Source: Candidatus Omnitrophota bacterium
GTDB lineage: Bacteria; Omnitrophota; Gorgyraeia; Gygaellales; Profunditerraquicolaceae
DNA: 64,000 bases
NCBI GenBank assembly: GCA_049517335.1
Contig: JBEKSD010000002.1
Location: forward strand, 64,001 to 128,000
Reading direction: 5' to 3'
The notes under the pieces are model-generated. The model ran no database searches, was not told where the DNA came from, and saw nothing but the letters and a program-made list of their open reading frames with translations. Of the stretch, positions 32,197 through 41,076 are shown in pieces (the stretch's first letter is position 1; every line of letters begins with the position of its first letter). The position numbers were made by a program, and so were the translations under genes.

Positions 32197-33621
32197 ATGA
32201 GGAAACATTTAATATTAGTTCTGGCATTAGCGTTAGTAGCCGGCTTAACCGTTGGCGCCTACGCTGAAGTCCAGAATGTAAAGTTAAGCGGAGACCTAAC
32301 AGTCTTGGGCTTATCCCGCGACTTATGGATTACTTCTCACCCCGCTGAAAATACTCTGGCGAGCATTGCCCGTTTAAGAGTTGATGCTGACTTAACGGAT
32401 AATGTCATAGCCACGGTAAGGCTGATCAATGAAAGATATTGGGGAGCAACGATGGAGACAGGAAGTACTTCTACGAGCGATATGTCAGAAAACACCAATA
32501 TTGACCTTGATTTAGCCTATGTAACCTTAAAAGAGTTCCTGTATTCACCGCTGACCTTAACCGTTGGCCGTCAGGAACTGCATTTCGGAAACGATATGAT
32601 TATTGGTGACGCTTATACCAATAACCATGCTTCCAAAGACAGCGTATTCAATAATACCATTGACAAAGATTTAAGTATGCGCAAATCATTTGATGCTATC
32701 CGCGCAACCTTAAATTATGACCCCTTGGTTATTGATGTTGTAGGCGCGCAAATTAGAAAAAACTATACAACTTATACGAATATAGCGGGTTATACAACTA
32801 ATGCCTTAACTAAAGATGACCAGGAAACCCTCATTGGTATGAACGCTAATTACGCTGTTAGTAAAACAACAGACGTAGAAGGTTATTTCTGGAGTAGAAG
32901 AATAGGTAAGGATTCTATTACTGCCGGCAACAAACAAGACACGACCAATGTCGCTGGTGCGCGCATCGTTACCAAACCTATTACAAACTTGACTTACCAA
33001 TTAGAAAGCGCATTTGAGTTTGGTAGAAATACGGTTAATACCAATACTTACACTGACCTGATAACCGCCGCTCCTTCTAAGGACTTGCAGCGCAGGGCTT
33101 GGGCACTTGAAACATCAGCAACTTATGACTTTAAAGACTACAAGAAGATTGGCCAGTATAAGCCGACAGTAACCGCGCTTTATGCTTATTTTAGCGGTGA
33201 CAGAGGTTCCGGAAGCGGTAGCAAAACCAACGGCGCTTGGGATCCGATGTATGAAAACCAGAAGTTCGGCGACATCGCCAATGCAGCATTCAACATGAGC
33301 GACGGACACACAGCAGGCGGTATCGTAACAATGAAGCCTGTTGATGATGTCATGTTAAAAGGCGAATATTATGCTTTTTGGTTGGATAAGAGATATGCCG
33401 ATGGCCAGCAAGTTGCCGTAGTAGCAACCGACGAAGTTGCAACGATGACCCATAAGAAATTCGTAGGACAGGAACTTGACCTTTCAGCAACCTATGACTA
33501 CACTGAAGATGTGCAGTTCGGCATCCTCGGTGGTATGTTCTTCACCGGCTCAGCTCTCGCAAAAGATAACAACCGTAATGTGGCAAGTGAAGTTATTGGT
33601 TCAATGAAGGTAACATTCTAA
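32197..33621 (+). CDS. Outer-membrane beta-barrel protein (alginate-export-like family), probable major porin
   Basis: Signal peptide ending AYA, LTVGRQEL.FG motif, alternating beta pattern, C-terminal Phe, strong RBS and own terminator. Confidence 0.8.
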   Translation: MRKHLILVLALALVAGLTVGAYAEVQNVKLSGDLTVLGLSRDLWITSHPAENTLASIARLRVDADLTDNVIATVRLINERYWGATMETGSTSTSDMSENTNIDLDLAYVTLKEFLYSPLTLTVGRQELHFGNDMIIGDAYTNNHASKDSVFNNTIDKDLSMRKSFDAIRATLNYDPLVIDVVGAQIRKNYTTYTNIAGYTTNALTKDDQETLIGMNANYAVSKTTDVEGYFWSRRIGKDSITAGNKQDTTNVAGARIVTKPITNLTYQLESAFEFGRNTVNTNTYTDLITAAPSKDLQRRAWALETSATYDFKDYKKIGQYKPTVTALYAYFSGDRGSGSGSKTNGAWDPMYENQKFGDIANAAFNMSDGHTAGGIVTMKPVDDVMLKGEYYAFWLDKRYADGQQVAVVATDEVATMTHKKFVGQELDLSATYDYTEDVQFGILGGMFFTGSALAKDNNRNVASEVIGSMKVTF

Positions 33622-33638
33622 TAAAAGTTATGTAACAT

Positions 33639-33678
33639 AAAAAAGCCCTTGGGGGCGTAAGTCTCCGAGGGCTTTTTT
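33639..33678 (+). terminator. Intrinsic terminator
   Basis: AAAAAAGCCCTTGGGGGC-GTAA-GTCTCCGAGGGCTTTTTT hairpin with G-U pairs on +. Confidence 0.88.
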
Positions 33679-33690
33679 ATTACCCATTAT

Positions 33691-35256
33691 ATGCTATATC
33701 TTGCTTTCATCTTCCACATGCACCAGCCATACTATAAGGATCTCCTCACCCAAGAGGCAGAGCTTCCGTGGGTGCGGCTGCACGGGGTCAAGGATTACCT
33801 TGATATGGTGCAAATCTTGGGGCAATTCCCGAAAATTAAACAGAACTTTAACCTTGTCCCGTCACTACTGGAACAAATTGAAGGCTACGCAAACGACACT
33901 TTAAAAGATAAATTCCTTCAATTATCCTCTAAGCCCACAAATGAGCTCAGTTCTTCCGATCAACAATTCATACTTGATAATTTCTTTTCTATAAATATAG
34001 AGAAAGTCATCGCAACGCACCCGCGGTATTATGCTCTCTATTTTAAGCGCCTTAATAAAGAACAATTTACTGAACAGAACTTTTTAGACCTGCAGGTTTG
34101 GTTTAATTTAGCCTGGATTGACCCCTCATTTAGAAATGAGATAGCTGAATTAAAGAAACTTATACGCAAGGCCCGTTTTTTTAGCGAAGAAGACAAGCAG
34201 GTTGTTTTAAGCAAACAGGCTGAAATCCTACAAAATATAATCCCTGTGTATAAAAAATTTATGCAGTCAAAACAGGTTGAATTCACGGTAACGCCTTATT
34301 ACCACCCCATTCTGCCGCTTCTCTATAATACAAACATAGCAAAGGAAGCTAACAGCAAAACCATCCTGCCAAAAGTTAAATTTTCTTATCCGCAGGACGC
34401 AGAAACCCAGATAAATTTAGCGGTTGATTACTTCAAAGCAAAATTCGGCTCAGCACCAGTTGGTATGTGGCCATCTGAACAGGCGATAAGCGAACACATA
34501 TTGCCTTACATAATTAAATCCGGAATAAAATGGATTGTCTTGGATGAAGCGATATTATTTAAGTCCCTAAGAAGAAAAAAGAGGGATACTAACCTGCTTT
34601 ACCAGCCGCATTTTATAAAGAGAGAGGAAGGTGAGCTTTCAATAGTATTCCGCGACAGGAATTTATCAGATTTAATCGGATTTGTATACCATAAGTGGAC
34701 AGCGGAAAACGCAGTTTCAGATTTTATCAGGCACCTTGAGGAGATTGCCTCAAGTTTTAAAGACAGGGATATTTTGGTAACTATTGCTATGGACGGGGAA
34801 AACGCGTGGGAATATTATTCAAATGACGGGCATGATTTCCTTCAGCTGCTTTATCAGAGGCTTTCGGAATCAAAGATGATTCAAACAACAACGGTAAGCG
34901 AATATTTGAATCTTAAGCCTACTGCATTAAAAATTGACAGGCTTGCCGCCGGCTCATGGATTTTTGGGGAATTCGGAAAATGGATAGGCAATCCGAAAAA
35001 GGCGAAAGCGTGGGAATACCTTGCTAAAGCCAGGCAAGAGCTAGAAGAAATCAGAACAGGAATTAATTCCAGCTCCGCCAATATAAACTTCGAACTTGCA
35101 TGGAAACAAATGTATATTTTAGAGGGGAGCGACTGGTTCTGGTGGTTTGGCGAGGATCCCGATGGCAGTTTTGACCGCCTTTTCCGCAGGCATTTAACAA
35201 ACTTCTATAATATAATAGGTAAGGAAGCCCCAGAATATACAACTCGCCCCTTATAA
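33691..35256 (+). CDS. Glycoside hydrolase family 57 (amylopullulanase-like)
   Basis: HMHQP, YHPILPLL, GMWPSE (nucleophile), DGENAWE (acid/base) and EGSDWFWW motifs. Confidence 0.93.
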   Translation: MLYLAFIFHMHQPYYKDLLTQEAELPWVRLHGVKDYLDMVQILGQFPKIKQNFNLVPSLLEQIEGYANDTLKDKFLQLSSKPTNELSSSDQQFILDNFFSINIEKVIATHPRYYALYFKRLNKEQFTEQNFLDLQVWFNLAWIDPSFRNEIAELKKLIRKARFFSEEDKQVVLSKQAEILQNIIPVYKKFMQSKQVEFTVTPYYHPILPLLYNTNIAKEANSKTILPKVKFSYPQDAETQINLAVDYFKAKFGSAPVGMWPSEQAISEHILPYIIKSGIKWIVLDEAILFKSLRRKKRDTNLLYQPHFIKREEGELSIVFRDRNLSDLIGFVYHKWTAENAVSDFIRHLEEIASSFKDRDILVTIAMDGENAWEYYSNDGHDFLQLLYQRLSESKMIQTTTVSEYLNLKPTALKIDRLAAGSWIFGEFGKWIGNPKKAKAWEYLAKARQELEEIRTGINSSSANINFELAWKQMYILEGSDWFWWFGEDPDGSFDRLFRRHLTNFYNIIGKEAPEYTTRPL

Positions 35257-35266
35257 CAGTAAACTA

Positions 35267-35295
35267 TTGACAGACAATGAGTTTTATGCTATAAA
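35267..35295 (+). promoter_or_regulatory. sigma-70 promoter, probably leaderless transcript
   Basis: TTGACA-N17-TATAAA with extended TG; ATG follows 8 nt later with no SD. Confidence 0.7.
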
Positions 35296-35303
35296 AAGCC
35301 GAT

Positions 35304-35867
35304 ATGGATAAGAAGGATATTTACGAGCATCTGGCTAAAATATATCTTGATGCTTCGTCCACAAAAAAGAAGAAAAATAAAGTTTACTCCAAAATATTCA
35401 AAAATCTTTTCTTAATCAGCCTTGTGTGTGTTTTTGGATTATCCACCGTTTTGCTTTCAAATTTACGCAGGCCTAAGATAAATAATTCTGAAGTTGCCCT
35501 CATCTTGGCTCCTGAAGCCTTAAAAATCAACTTTAATTTTGACCCCGCTAAAAAAGAAACTCTTACCCTTGATTTAAACCGACTTAATTTAAACAATTAC
35601 AAAAGAATCGCCTTTTCGGTAAAGAAACTGGATATTTCCAACACAATCGCTTTAAGGGTTGAATTTATAAGCGCGTATAAAGAAAGATCGGAAGTTTACC
35701 TGAAAAATATCCCTAGCAAATGGCAGGATTATACGTTTAATCTTTCTGATTTTAAGAATATAACTGATTGGTCGGAAACAAAAAATTTATCTTTTACGGT
35801 TGAAGAATGGAATACGAAAGAGAATAAAGGAATAGTTTATATAGATAACGTTAGAGTATTAAAATAG
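35304..35867 (+). CDS. Single-TM protein with a C-terminal carbohydrate-binding-like (CBM11/CIA30-like) beta-sandwich
   Basis: Basic patch plus TM helix; DL..Y..I.F.VK, W..Y...LSDF and G.VYIDNV patterns. Confidence 0.6.
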   Translation: MDKKDIYEHLAKIYLDASSTKKKKNKVYSKIFKNLFLISLVCVFGLSTVLLSNLRRPKINNSEVALILAPEALKINFNFDPAKKETLTLDLNRLNLNNYKRIAFSVKKLDISNTIALRVEFISAYKERSEVYLKNIPSKWQDYTFNLSDFKNITDWSETKNLSFTVEEWNTKENKGIVYIDNVRVLK

Positions 35868-35880
35868 AGAGGAGTGTTAG

Positions 35881-37017
35881 ATGCGTATAATCTGCGTCAC
35901 CAATCAAAAGGGCGGGTGCGGTAAAACCACGACAGCGATTAATCTGGCTGCGTCTTTATCCTTAAATGACAGGAAAGTATTGCTAATTGACCTTGACCCG
36001 CAGGCGCACGCTACTTTAGGCCTGAATATAAAAGCAGACTTAAGCATCTATAACGTCTTATCCAAAATTACCAGTAAGAAAGCTCAGCTGGAAGAAATCA
36101 TTAAAAACGTAAACCCTAATTTTGACATAGCGCCTTCTGGCATGATTTTGAGCACCTTAGAACAGGAGTTGGCAGGAGAAATCGGAAGGGAATCGTGCCT
36201 AAACGATACCATTAACAATTTTAAGGGCTCTTACGATTACCTGATAATTGATTCGCCCCCCAATCTGGGGATTTTGACGGTTAACGCCATACGCGCCTCA
36301 AGCGAGGTAATCATCCCGGTTGAAGCAAGCCGTTTTTCCCTGGAAGGAGTGTCCCAGCTTTTAAGTATTATTGAATTGATTAAAGACCGCCTGAACCATA
36401 AGGTCAGGCAGCGGGTTTTAGTCGCTAATTTTGATTCGCGCCTAAGGCATTCGTTTGAAATGCTGAATAAGATAAAAGCTGATTTTAAGGATATATTGTT
36501 CAGCAATATTGTGCACGTAAACGTAAAACTGAAAGAAGCGCAAAATTCGGGGACGCATATTTTCAATTTTGACAAGTATTGCCGGGGCGCCAAAGATTAT
36601 TTCAGCCTGAGCCGGGAAATTATCACCGCGGAAACCGAAGTTCCTGAAAAATTCCCCACGGAGCTTAAGGATATTGTAAAAAGATTCACCGAGAAAAAAA
36701 TGGCTAAGGTGGAAAAACGCCTTAACGAGATATTAAAGGAGGAACTGCCTAAGCTTAATGAAGTGGTGTTTTCAGTATCCGCACCGGCCGCAAAAGAGGT
36801 ATTCCTTGTTGGTGAATTCAATAATTGGAAGGCGGATGAATCCGGGAAGATGAATAATGTTGACGGGACCTGGATAAAAAGCCTCATGCTTCATCCGGGG
36901 AAATACCGTTACCGCTTTATCATTGACGGCTCCTGGACAGAGGATGAAAAGAACCCGCTTAAAGAAAGCAACCCTTTCGGTACGCTTGACTCATTTGTTG
37001 AGGTAGAAAAAGCATGA
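35881..37017 (+). CDS. ParA/Soj-family ATPase fused to a C-terminal glycogen-binding CBM48/AMPK-beta-like domain
   Basis: Deviant Walker A NQKGGCGKTT, DLDPQ, IDSPP; C-terminal VVFSV.AP.AKEVFLVGEFNNW...W...L.PGKYRYRFIIDG.W..D..NP. Confidence 0.88.
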   Translation: MRIICVTNQKGGCGKTTTAINLAASLSLNDRKVLLIDLDPQAHATLGLNIKADLSIYNVLSKITSKKAQLEEIIKNVNPNFDIAPSGMILSTLEQELAGEIGRESCLNDTINNFKGSYDYLIIDSPPNLGILTVNAIRASSEVIIPVEASRFSLEGVSQLLSIIELIKDRLNHKVRQRVLVANFDSRLRHSFEMLNKIKADFKDILFSNIVHVNVKLKEAQNSGTHIFNFDKYCRGAKDYFSLSREIITAETEVPEKFPTELKDIVKRFTEKKMAKVEKRLNEILKEELPKLNEVVFSVSAPAAKEVFLVGEFNNWKADESGKMNNVDGTWIKSLMLHPGKYRYRFIIDGSWTEDEKNPLKESNPFGTLDSFVEVEKA

Positions 37018-37340
37018 ACGCTGGAAGAGAAGAAAAAGAGATACAGGAGGGAAAGTTTTTTGCCATAATTTCGTATTTAAGCTTCCTGTGTATAATTAGC
37101 CTTGTCTTAAAAAAAGACAACAAATTTTCCCTTTATCATGCCAAGCAGGGCCTTGTGCTCTTTGTTTTTGAAGTCGGCTCTTTCATATTAACCATTATCC
37201 CTATTTTGGGAGGCGTAGTGAGGGTACTCAGCCTGATAATTTTTATCCTTGCTTCCCTTTGGTGTATCTTGCAGGTTTTAATGGGCAATTACAACCGTCT
37301 GCCCGTAATCTCAGAGATAGCGGATAATATTACAATTTAA
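37014..37340 (+). CDS. DUF4870-like small membrane protein
   Basis: A.ISYL, HAKQGLVLF and Y.RLPVI pattern; three hydrophobic segments. Confidence 0.7.
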   Translation: MNAGREEKEIQEGKFFAIISYLSFLCIISLVLKKDNKFSLYHAKQGLVLFVFEVGSFILTIIPILGGVVRVLSLIIFILASLWCILQVLMGNYNRLPVISEIADNITI

Positions 37341-37351
37341 GGAGGTGGGAT

Positions 37352-37723
37352 ATGCCTTCAAAAAAGAAAACAATAGGAAAAAAAACGGTAAAGAAAAAGG
37401 CAGTAAAGAGGAAACCGGCTGGGAAAAAAACAGGTAAGAAAACGGTTAGGAAAGTGCCTGTTGTAAAAAAACCGAAAAAAGAACCCATCATAGGTAAAGT
37501 AACGCATTATTTCCCGCACGTACGCGCGGCTGTAATCAAATTAAAGGCGCCCTTGGCAGTAGGAGATACCGTAAAAATTAAAGGCCACACAACGGATTTT
37601 AACCAGAGAGTCTCATCCTTACAGATAGACCGCACGCCAATAACCGAAGCAAAAAAAGGACAGGAGATCGGCCTTCTTGTGGATTCACGGGTAAGGCAAC
37701 ATGATGTGGTAATCAAAATTTAA
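37352..37723 (+). CDS. Translation-factor-like beta-barrel (U32 C-terminal-like) protein with Lys-rich N-terminus
   Basis: IGKVTHYF...AAVI.L...L.VGD.VKIKGHTTDF.Q.V.SLQI motif preceded by a ~44-aa polybasic tail. Confidence 0.75.
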   Translation: MPSKKKTIGKKTVKKKAVKRKPAGKKTGKKTVRKVPVVKKPKKEPIIGKVTHYFPHVRAAVIKLKAPLAVGDTVKIKGHTTDFNQRVSSLQIDRTPITEAKKGQEIGLLVDSRVRQHDVVIKI

Positions 37724-37744
37724 ACAACAGGAGGGGAGTCAGCT

Positions 37745-37927
37745 ATGAGGCTTTTGGCAATTGAAAAGAAAGCGAAGGATTTAGGTATCACTGATACCTG
37801 GAAATACTCCAAGAGTGACTTAATTAAGCTTATCCAGAAGAAAGAAGGCAATCAGGAGTGTTTTGCCACAAAATCGCGTTCAAAATGCAACCAGTTTATT
37901 TGCTGCTGGAGGGCTGACTGCACATGA
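37745..37927 (+). CDS. Small SAP/Rho-N-like protein with a Cys cluster
   Basis: K.DLIK.IQ..EGN..CF...C....CCWR.DC pattern; GGAGG RBS. Confidence 0.7.
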   Translation: MRLLAIEKKAKDLGITDTWKYSKSDLIKLIQKKEGNQECFATKSRSKCNQFICCWRADCT

Positions 37928-38109
37928 AATATCGCTGCCAGATCTGTGACAGGGATATTGACGATTATGTCAGCATTGCCCATATAAAGGCCGAAGAATA
38001 TCTTATTGATCTTATTCAAAAAGACCATCCGGAATGGCACGAAAGCAAGAAAACCTGCCATAAATGTATCGAATATTACCGAAAATTAGTTAAAGAAAAC
38101 GAAATTTAG
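37924..38109 (+). CDS. Small putative zinc-binding protein
   Basis: CxxC, HPEW and CxxC motifs; ATGA overlap with the upstream gene. Confidence 0.6.
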   Translation: MKYRCQICDRDIDDYVSIAHIKAEEYLIDLIQKDHPEWHESKKTCHKCIEYYRKLVKENEI

Positions 38110-38114
38110 ACAAT

Positions 38115-38148
38115 AAACCGGGGTCGGAATTAATTCCGACCCCGGTTT
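38115..38148. repeat. 34-bp perfect REP-like palindrome (may double as a terminator)
   Basis: AAACCGGGGTCGGAATTAATTCCGACCCCGGTTT. Confidence 0.85.
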
Positions 38149-38161
38149 TTAACCTTATTTC

Positions 38162-38175
38162 TGAGTATATACTCA
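38162..38175. promoter_or_regulatory. Palindromic putative operator upstream of the DUF134 gene
   Basis: TGAGTATATACTCA, perfect 14-bp palindrome 43 nt before the ATG. Confidence 0.55.
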
Positions 38176-38218
38176 TATTAACCCCAGCGTTAAAAGTAAG
38201 TAAGTTCGAGTAAAGTAA

Positions 38219-38557
38219 ATGCAGTTACAAGGAAGGCCCAAAAAATATAGGATTGTGCGCACAGACCCCAAAATTAGCCAATTTAGCCCAAGGGGCCGTC
38301 CAGGAAGGCCTAATGAAGCGGATCTCACTATGGATGAGTACGAAGCCATACGGCTTTCAGATTATATGGGATTATCCCAGAAAGAAGCCAGCCAATCAAT
38401 GCACATATCCCAGCAAACTTTCAGCAGAATCCTGAAAAAGGCCCGGAAAACAATAGCAAAAGGGCTGATTGACGGAGCAACTATAAAGATTCAGGGCGGC
38501 CAGTACGTAGTTACATCCCACAAAGATTTCCAACCAAATTCCTACAAAAAACTCTAA
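38219..38557 (+). CDS. DUF134 family HTH DNA-binding protein
   Basis: RPKK.R, DEYEAIRL.DY.GLSQ.EA..M.IS..TF.RIL..ARK.IA and I.I.GG pattern. Confidence 0.88.
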   Translation: MQLQGRPKKYRIVRTDPKISQFSPRGRPGRPNEADLTMDEYEAIRLSDYMGLSQKEASQSMHISQQTFSRILKKARKTIAKGLIDGATIKIQGGQYVVTSHKDFQPNSYKKL

Positions 38558-38639
38558 AATTCCGGTAAATACAAGTAAACAACTATAGACGCTGAGCCTC
38601 AAAAGCGGTCGACTTGGTACCAAAATCGCTATTTGCTCA

Positions 38640-38667
38640 ACTTCCTATAATATACATTATGTTAACT
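38640..38667. other. dif chromosome dimer resolution site (XerC/XerD)
   Basis: ACTTCCTATAA-TATACA-TTATGTTAACT, 11-6-11 layout close to Firmicute dif; intergenic, at the convergence of + and - gene blocks. Confidence 0.88.
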
Positions 38668-38842
38668 TGATGATATTGAGAAAATTACCTTATCTTATTC
38701 TATCCCAATAGGTTATATTATATTGTTTTTATGCTGTGGATAAGTCAAAAACCGTTTCCTTAAACTTACTTCTTTTTTAAAAGGTTGATATTCCGGTGGG
38801 ATTACTTTCATTTTCCTATAAGGTTTTTTTGCGTTTAATCGC

Positions 38843-39268
38843 TTATTTCATCTTGCGGGTAAAACTGACTATGGCAGGATAGATTGAGTTTTCTCCAAAG
38901 CGGTCGCGTTAATCCGGTCTACGGCTTTCAATAAGCCCTCCCTCCGTTTTTGCTCAAAAAACAAGACAGGGTAGCTTTCTCGGCAAAGCTCCCACTCCCA
39001 GAGCCCTGATTTCAGGGGTTCTAGGGCCTGTTTTAGCCAGTATTTTAAGGGATCTCTGGAAATCCCTATAACTTCATTGATTGCATGAGTCGAAGTTTTC
39101 TGAGCTGAAAAACTGCCTATTTCCGGGCCATTTAGCCAAAGATGAATGGTAAAACTAAGGAGATTTTGCTCCCTGAGCTGCCTGGTAACCATAACCTATC
39201 CAGGCTCTTATAAATTGGGGGTTTCTGGAACCACTAGGAAAGGTATACGAGTGGCCAATTGACTTGGG
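38843..39268 (-). pseudogene. dinB: Frameshifted 3' remnant of DNA polymerase IV (little-finger domain and C-terminus)
   Basis: Pieces in different frames: PKSIGHSYTFP, RQLREQNL..FTIHLWL, PEIRALGV, KAVDRIN / DRFGENSIYPA; catalytic N-terminus absent. Confidence 0.8.
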
Positions 39269-39282
39269 TAAACCGGGGTCAG
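39269..39282. repeat. Left 14-bp inverted repeat (REP-like arm)
   Basis: TAAACCGGGGTCAG, exact reverse complement of 42428-42441 and near-identical to the arm of 38115-38148. Confidence 0.7.
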
Positions 39283-39325
39283 AGTCTAAGGGTTCTAACT
39301 CTAATTAATGCGTAAAATCATTTGA

Positions 39326-41044
39326 TTATTTTGGGAGTTTTTTTAAGCTATATAAAGCTGCCTGATTTGCGGGATCTATTGTTAATGTTTTCTGCCACAT
39401 CTTTCTTGCTTCATCATAATTATTCATTTTAGCATAAGTAATCCCAAGCCCGTTATATGCCTCAGGGTATTCTTTATTTAATTCTACGGCTTTTTCGTAA
39501 TACCTAATCGCATCTATATATCTTCCGTTTTGCCCTACAGCGCTGGCTAAATTATTCCATGCCCTATAAAAATTAGGGTCTAAATCCAAAGCTGCCTTAA
39601 ACTCCTCAATGGCTTCTGCGGTCATCCTTTTATTGAAATAACATTTACCCAATTCATTATGGTCTTCCGCATAATTCTTATCTAAACTTACCGCGATTTT
39701 ATACTCTTTAATCGCTTCATCCAATAAACCTCTTTCAACATAAAAAGCGGCTAAGGTACTATGAGGCAGGGAATTGGTAGGATATTTATCTACCATATTC
39801 ATCCAAAAAATAATATTGTTTTTATAGTAGAAATTACCCGTGAACGTAAAAATAGCATAAAAAATAATAATAGCTATTGCTATATTCTTAGAAAACTTCG
39901 AAATTAGCAACGCAAGGATCAAACAAAAACCTACTGCCGGTAAATATAAATAACGGGGGGCAATGTAATTTGATAACGGGTATATTATGTTAGAAACTGG
40001 AATAAGACAGGCAAAGAACCAAAATACCCCAAATGCAACCAAAGGAAGCTTCTTATGCAATTTAAACGTAGTAAAAACAATTGATATTATCAATAAAACC
40101 GAAATTATAACTTTCAGGTTAAGTAACGAGTATGAAATTAAACCTGGATCATCCGGCAACGTAGAATGAATATTAACGGGAAAGAACATCCATTGAACAT
40201 ATCTGGCCAAAACCCTTAGCATGGTAAGAATATTTGTATATAAATTCCTCATTGGGTATGTAATTAACGGATTATCAATGCTAGCCATTACAAAAAACCT
40301 GATAAAAATATAAAAAATCAAAACGCCTAAATACCCCAAATAATACCTTTTAAAATGAGAAATAACGTCTTTGGGCCTTTTATTCAACAAATAATCGTAA
40401 CCTAATAAAAGAATAGGGAAGGTAACAGACATTTCTTTAGAAAATAATGCCAAACAAAAAGAGACTAAAGAAGAGAAGTAAAACAACGCCCTCCTCCCTG
40501 CCTCCTCCCCCCTGCTTTTTATATAAAAAATAAAGGCTAAAATATAAAACAAGAAAGCAAGCAGATCCTTCCTAAAAGAAATACAGTTTACTGCTTCTAC
40601 ATTTACAGGATGAAGAGCAAAAAACAAAGATGCCAATATGGCTACTACCTCATTTCCTACTATTAAGTTTATAAACATGAAAAGAAGCAACGCATTCAAC
40701 ATGTGCAGGATAAGGTTTGTAAAGTGGTACCCGAAAGGGTTCAGCTTCCAAAAAGAATAATCTAGGAAATAAGTAAAAGTCCCTATCGGTCTGTATGTAA
40801 ACTCTCCGGAACCTGTATCCTTTTTTCCAAGATAATCCAAATCCGAAACTTTAGTCAGGTAACTTCTGTTAAAAAGACGGGGGAAATTATTCCAGGATTT
40901 GACAAAATCATTATTCACTATAACTGTAGAATCATCCCATATAAATGAATTTTGGAGGGAATTAGAATAAGCTAATGCCGTAAAAAACACTATGAATATA
41001 ATAACCCATTTATTACCGCGTAAAATTGTATCTTTCGATATCAT
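39326..41044 (-). CDS. TMTC-like multi-TM GT-C protein with C-terminal TPR repeats
   Basis: F.WDD, YRP, HPVNVEAV, ALFSKE and RYLYLP motifs; TPR repeats; visibly AT-rich. Confidence 0.85.
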   Translation of the reverse strand: MISKDTILRGNKWVIIFIVFFTALAYSNSLQNSFIWDDSTVIVNNDFVKSWNNFPRLFNRSYLTKVSDLDYLGKKDTGSGEFTYRPIGTFTYFLDYSFWKLNPFGYHFTNLILHMLNALLLFMFINLIVGNEVVAILASLFFALHPVNVEAVNCISFRKDLLAFLFYILAFIFYIKSRGEEAGRRALFYFSSLVSFCLALFSKEMSVTFPILLLGYDYLLNKRPKDVISHFKRYYLGYLGVLIFYIFIRFFVMASIDNPLITYPMRNLYTNILTMLRVLARYVQWMFFPVNIHSTLPDDPGLISYSLLNLKVIISVLLIISIVFTTFKLHKKLPLVAFGVFWFFACLIPVSNIIYPLSNYIAPRYLYLPAVGFCLILALLISKFSKNIAIAIIIFYAIFTFTGNFYYKNNIIFWMNMVDKYPTNSLPHSTLAAFYVERGLLDEAIKEYKIAVSLDKNYAEDHNELGKCYFNKRMTAEAIEEFKAALDLDPNFYRAWNNLASAVGQNGRYIDAIRYYEKAVELNKEYPEAYNGLGITYAKMNNYDEARKMWQKTLTIDPANQAALYSLKKLPK

Positions 41045-41076
41045 ATTTTAAGCCTATTCTTTACAGTATAATTATT

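Noticed and set aside
38735-38743. Perfect DnaA box (TGTGGATAA) in AT-rich DNA at the strand switch, suggesting oriC
   Set aside because: Single box, genes converge rather than diverge here, no dnaA/dnaN nearby, and a dif site lies ~70 bp away.
38869-39192. 107-aa ORF as an intact hypothetical protein
   Set aside because: It is a chimera of frames across the frameshifted dinB remnant.
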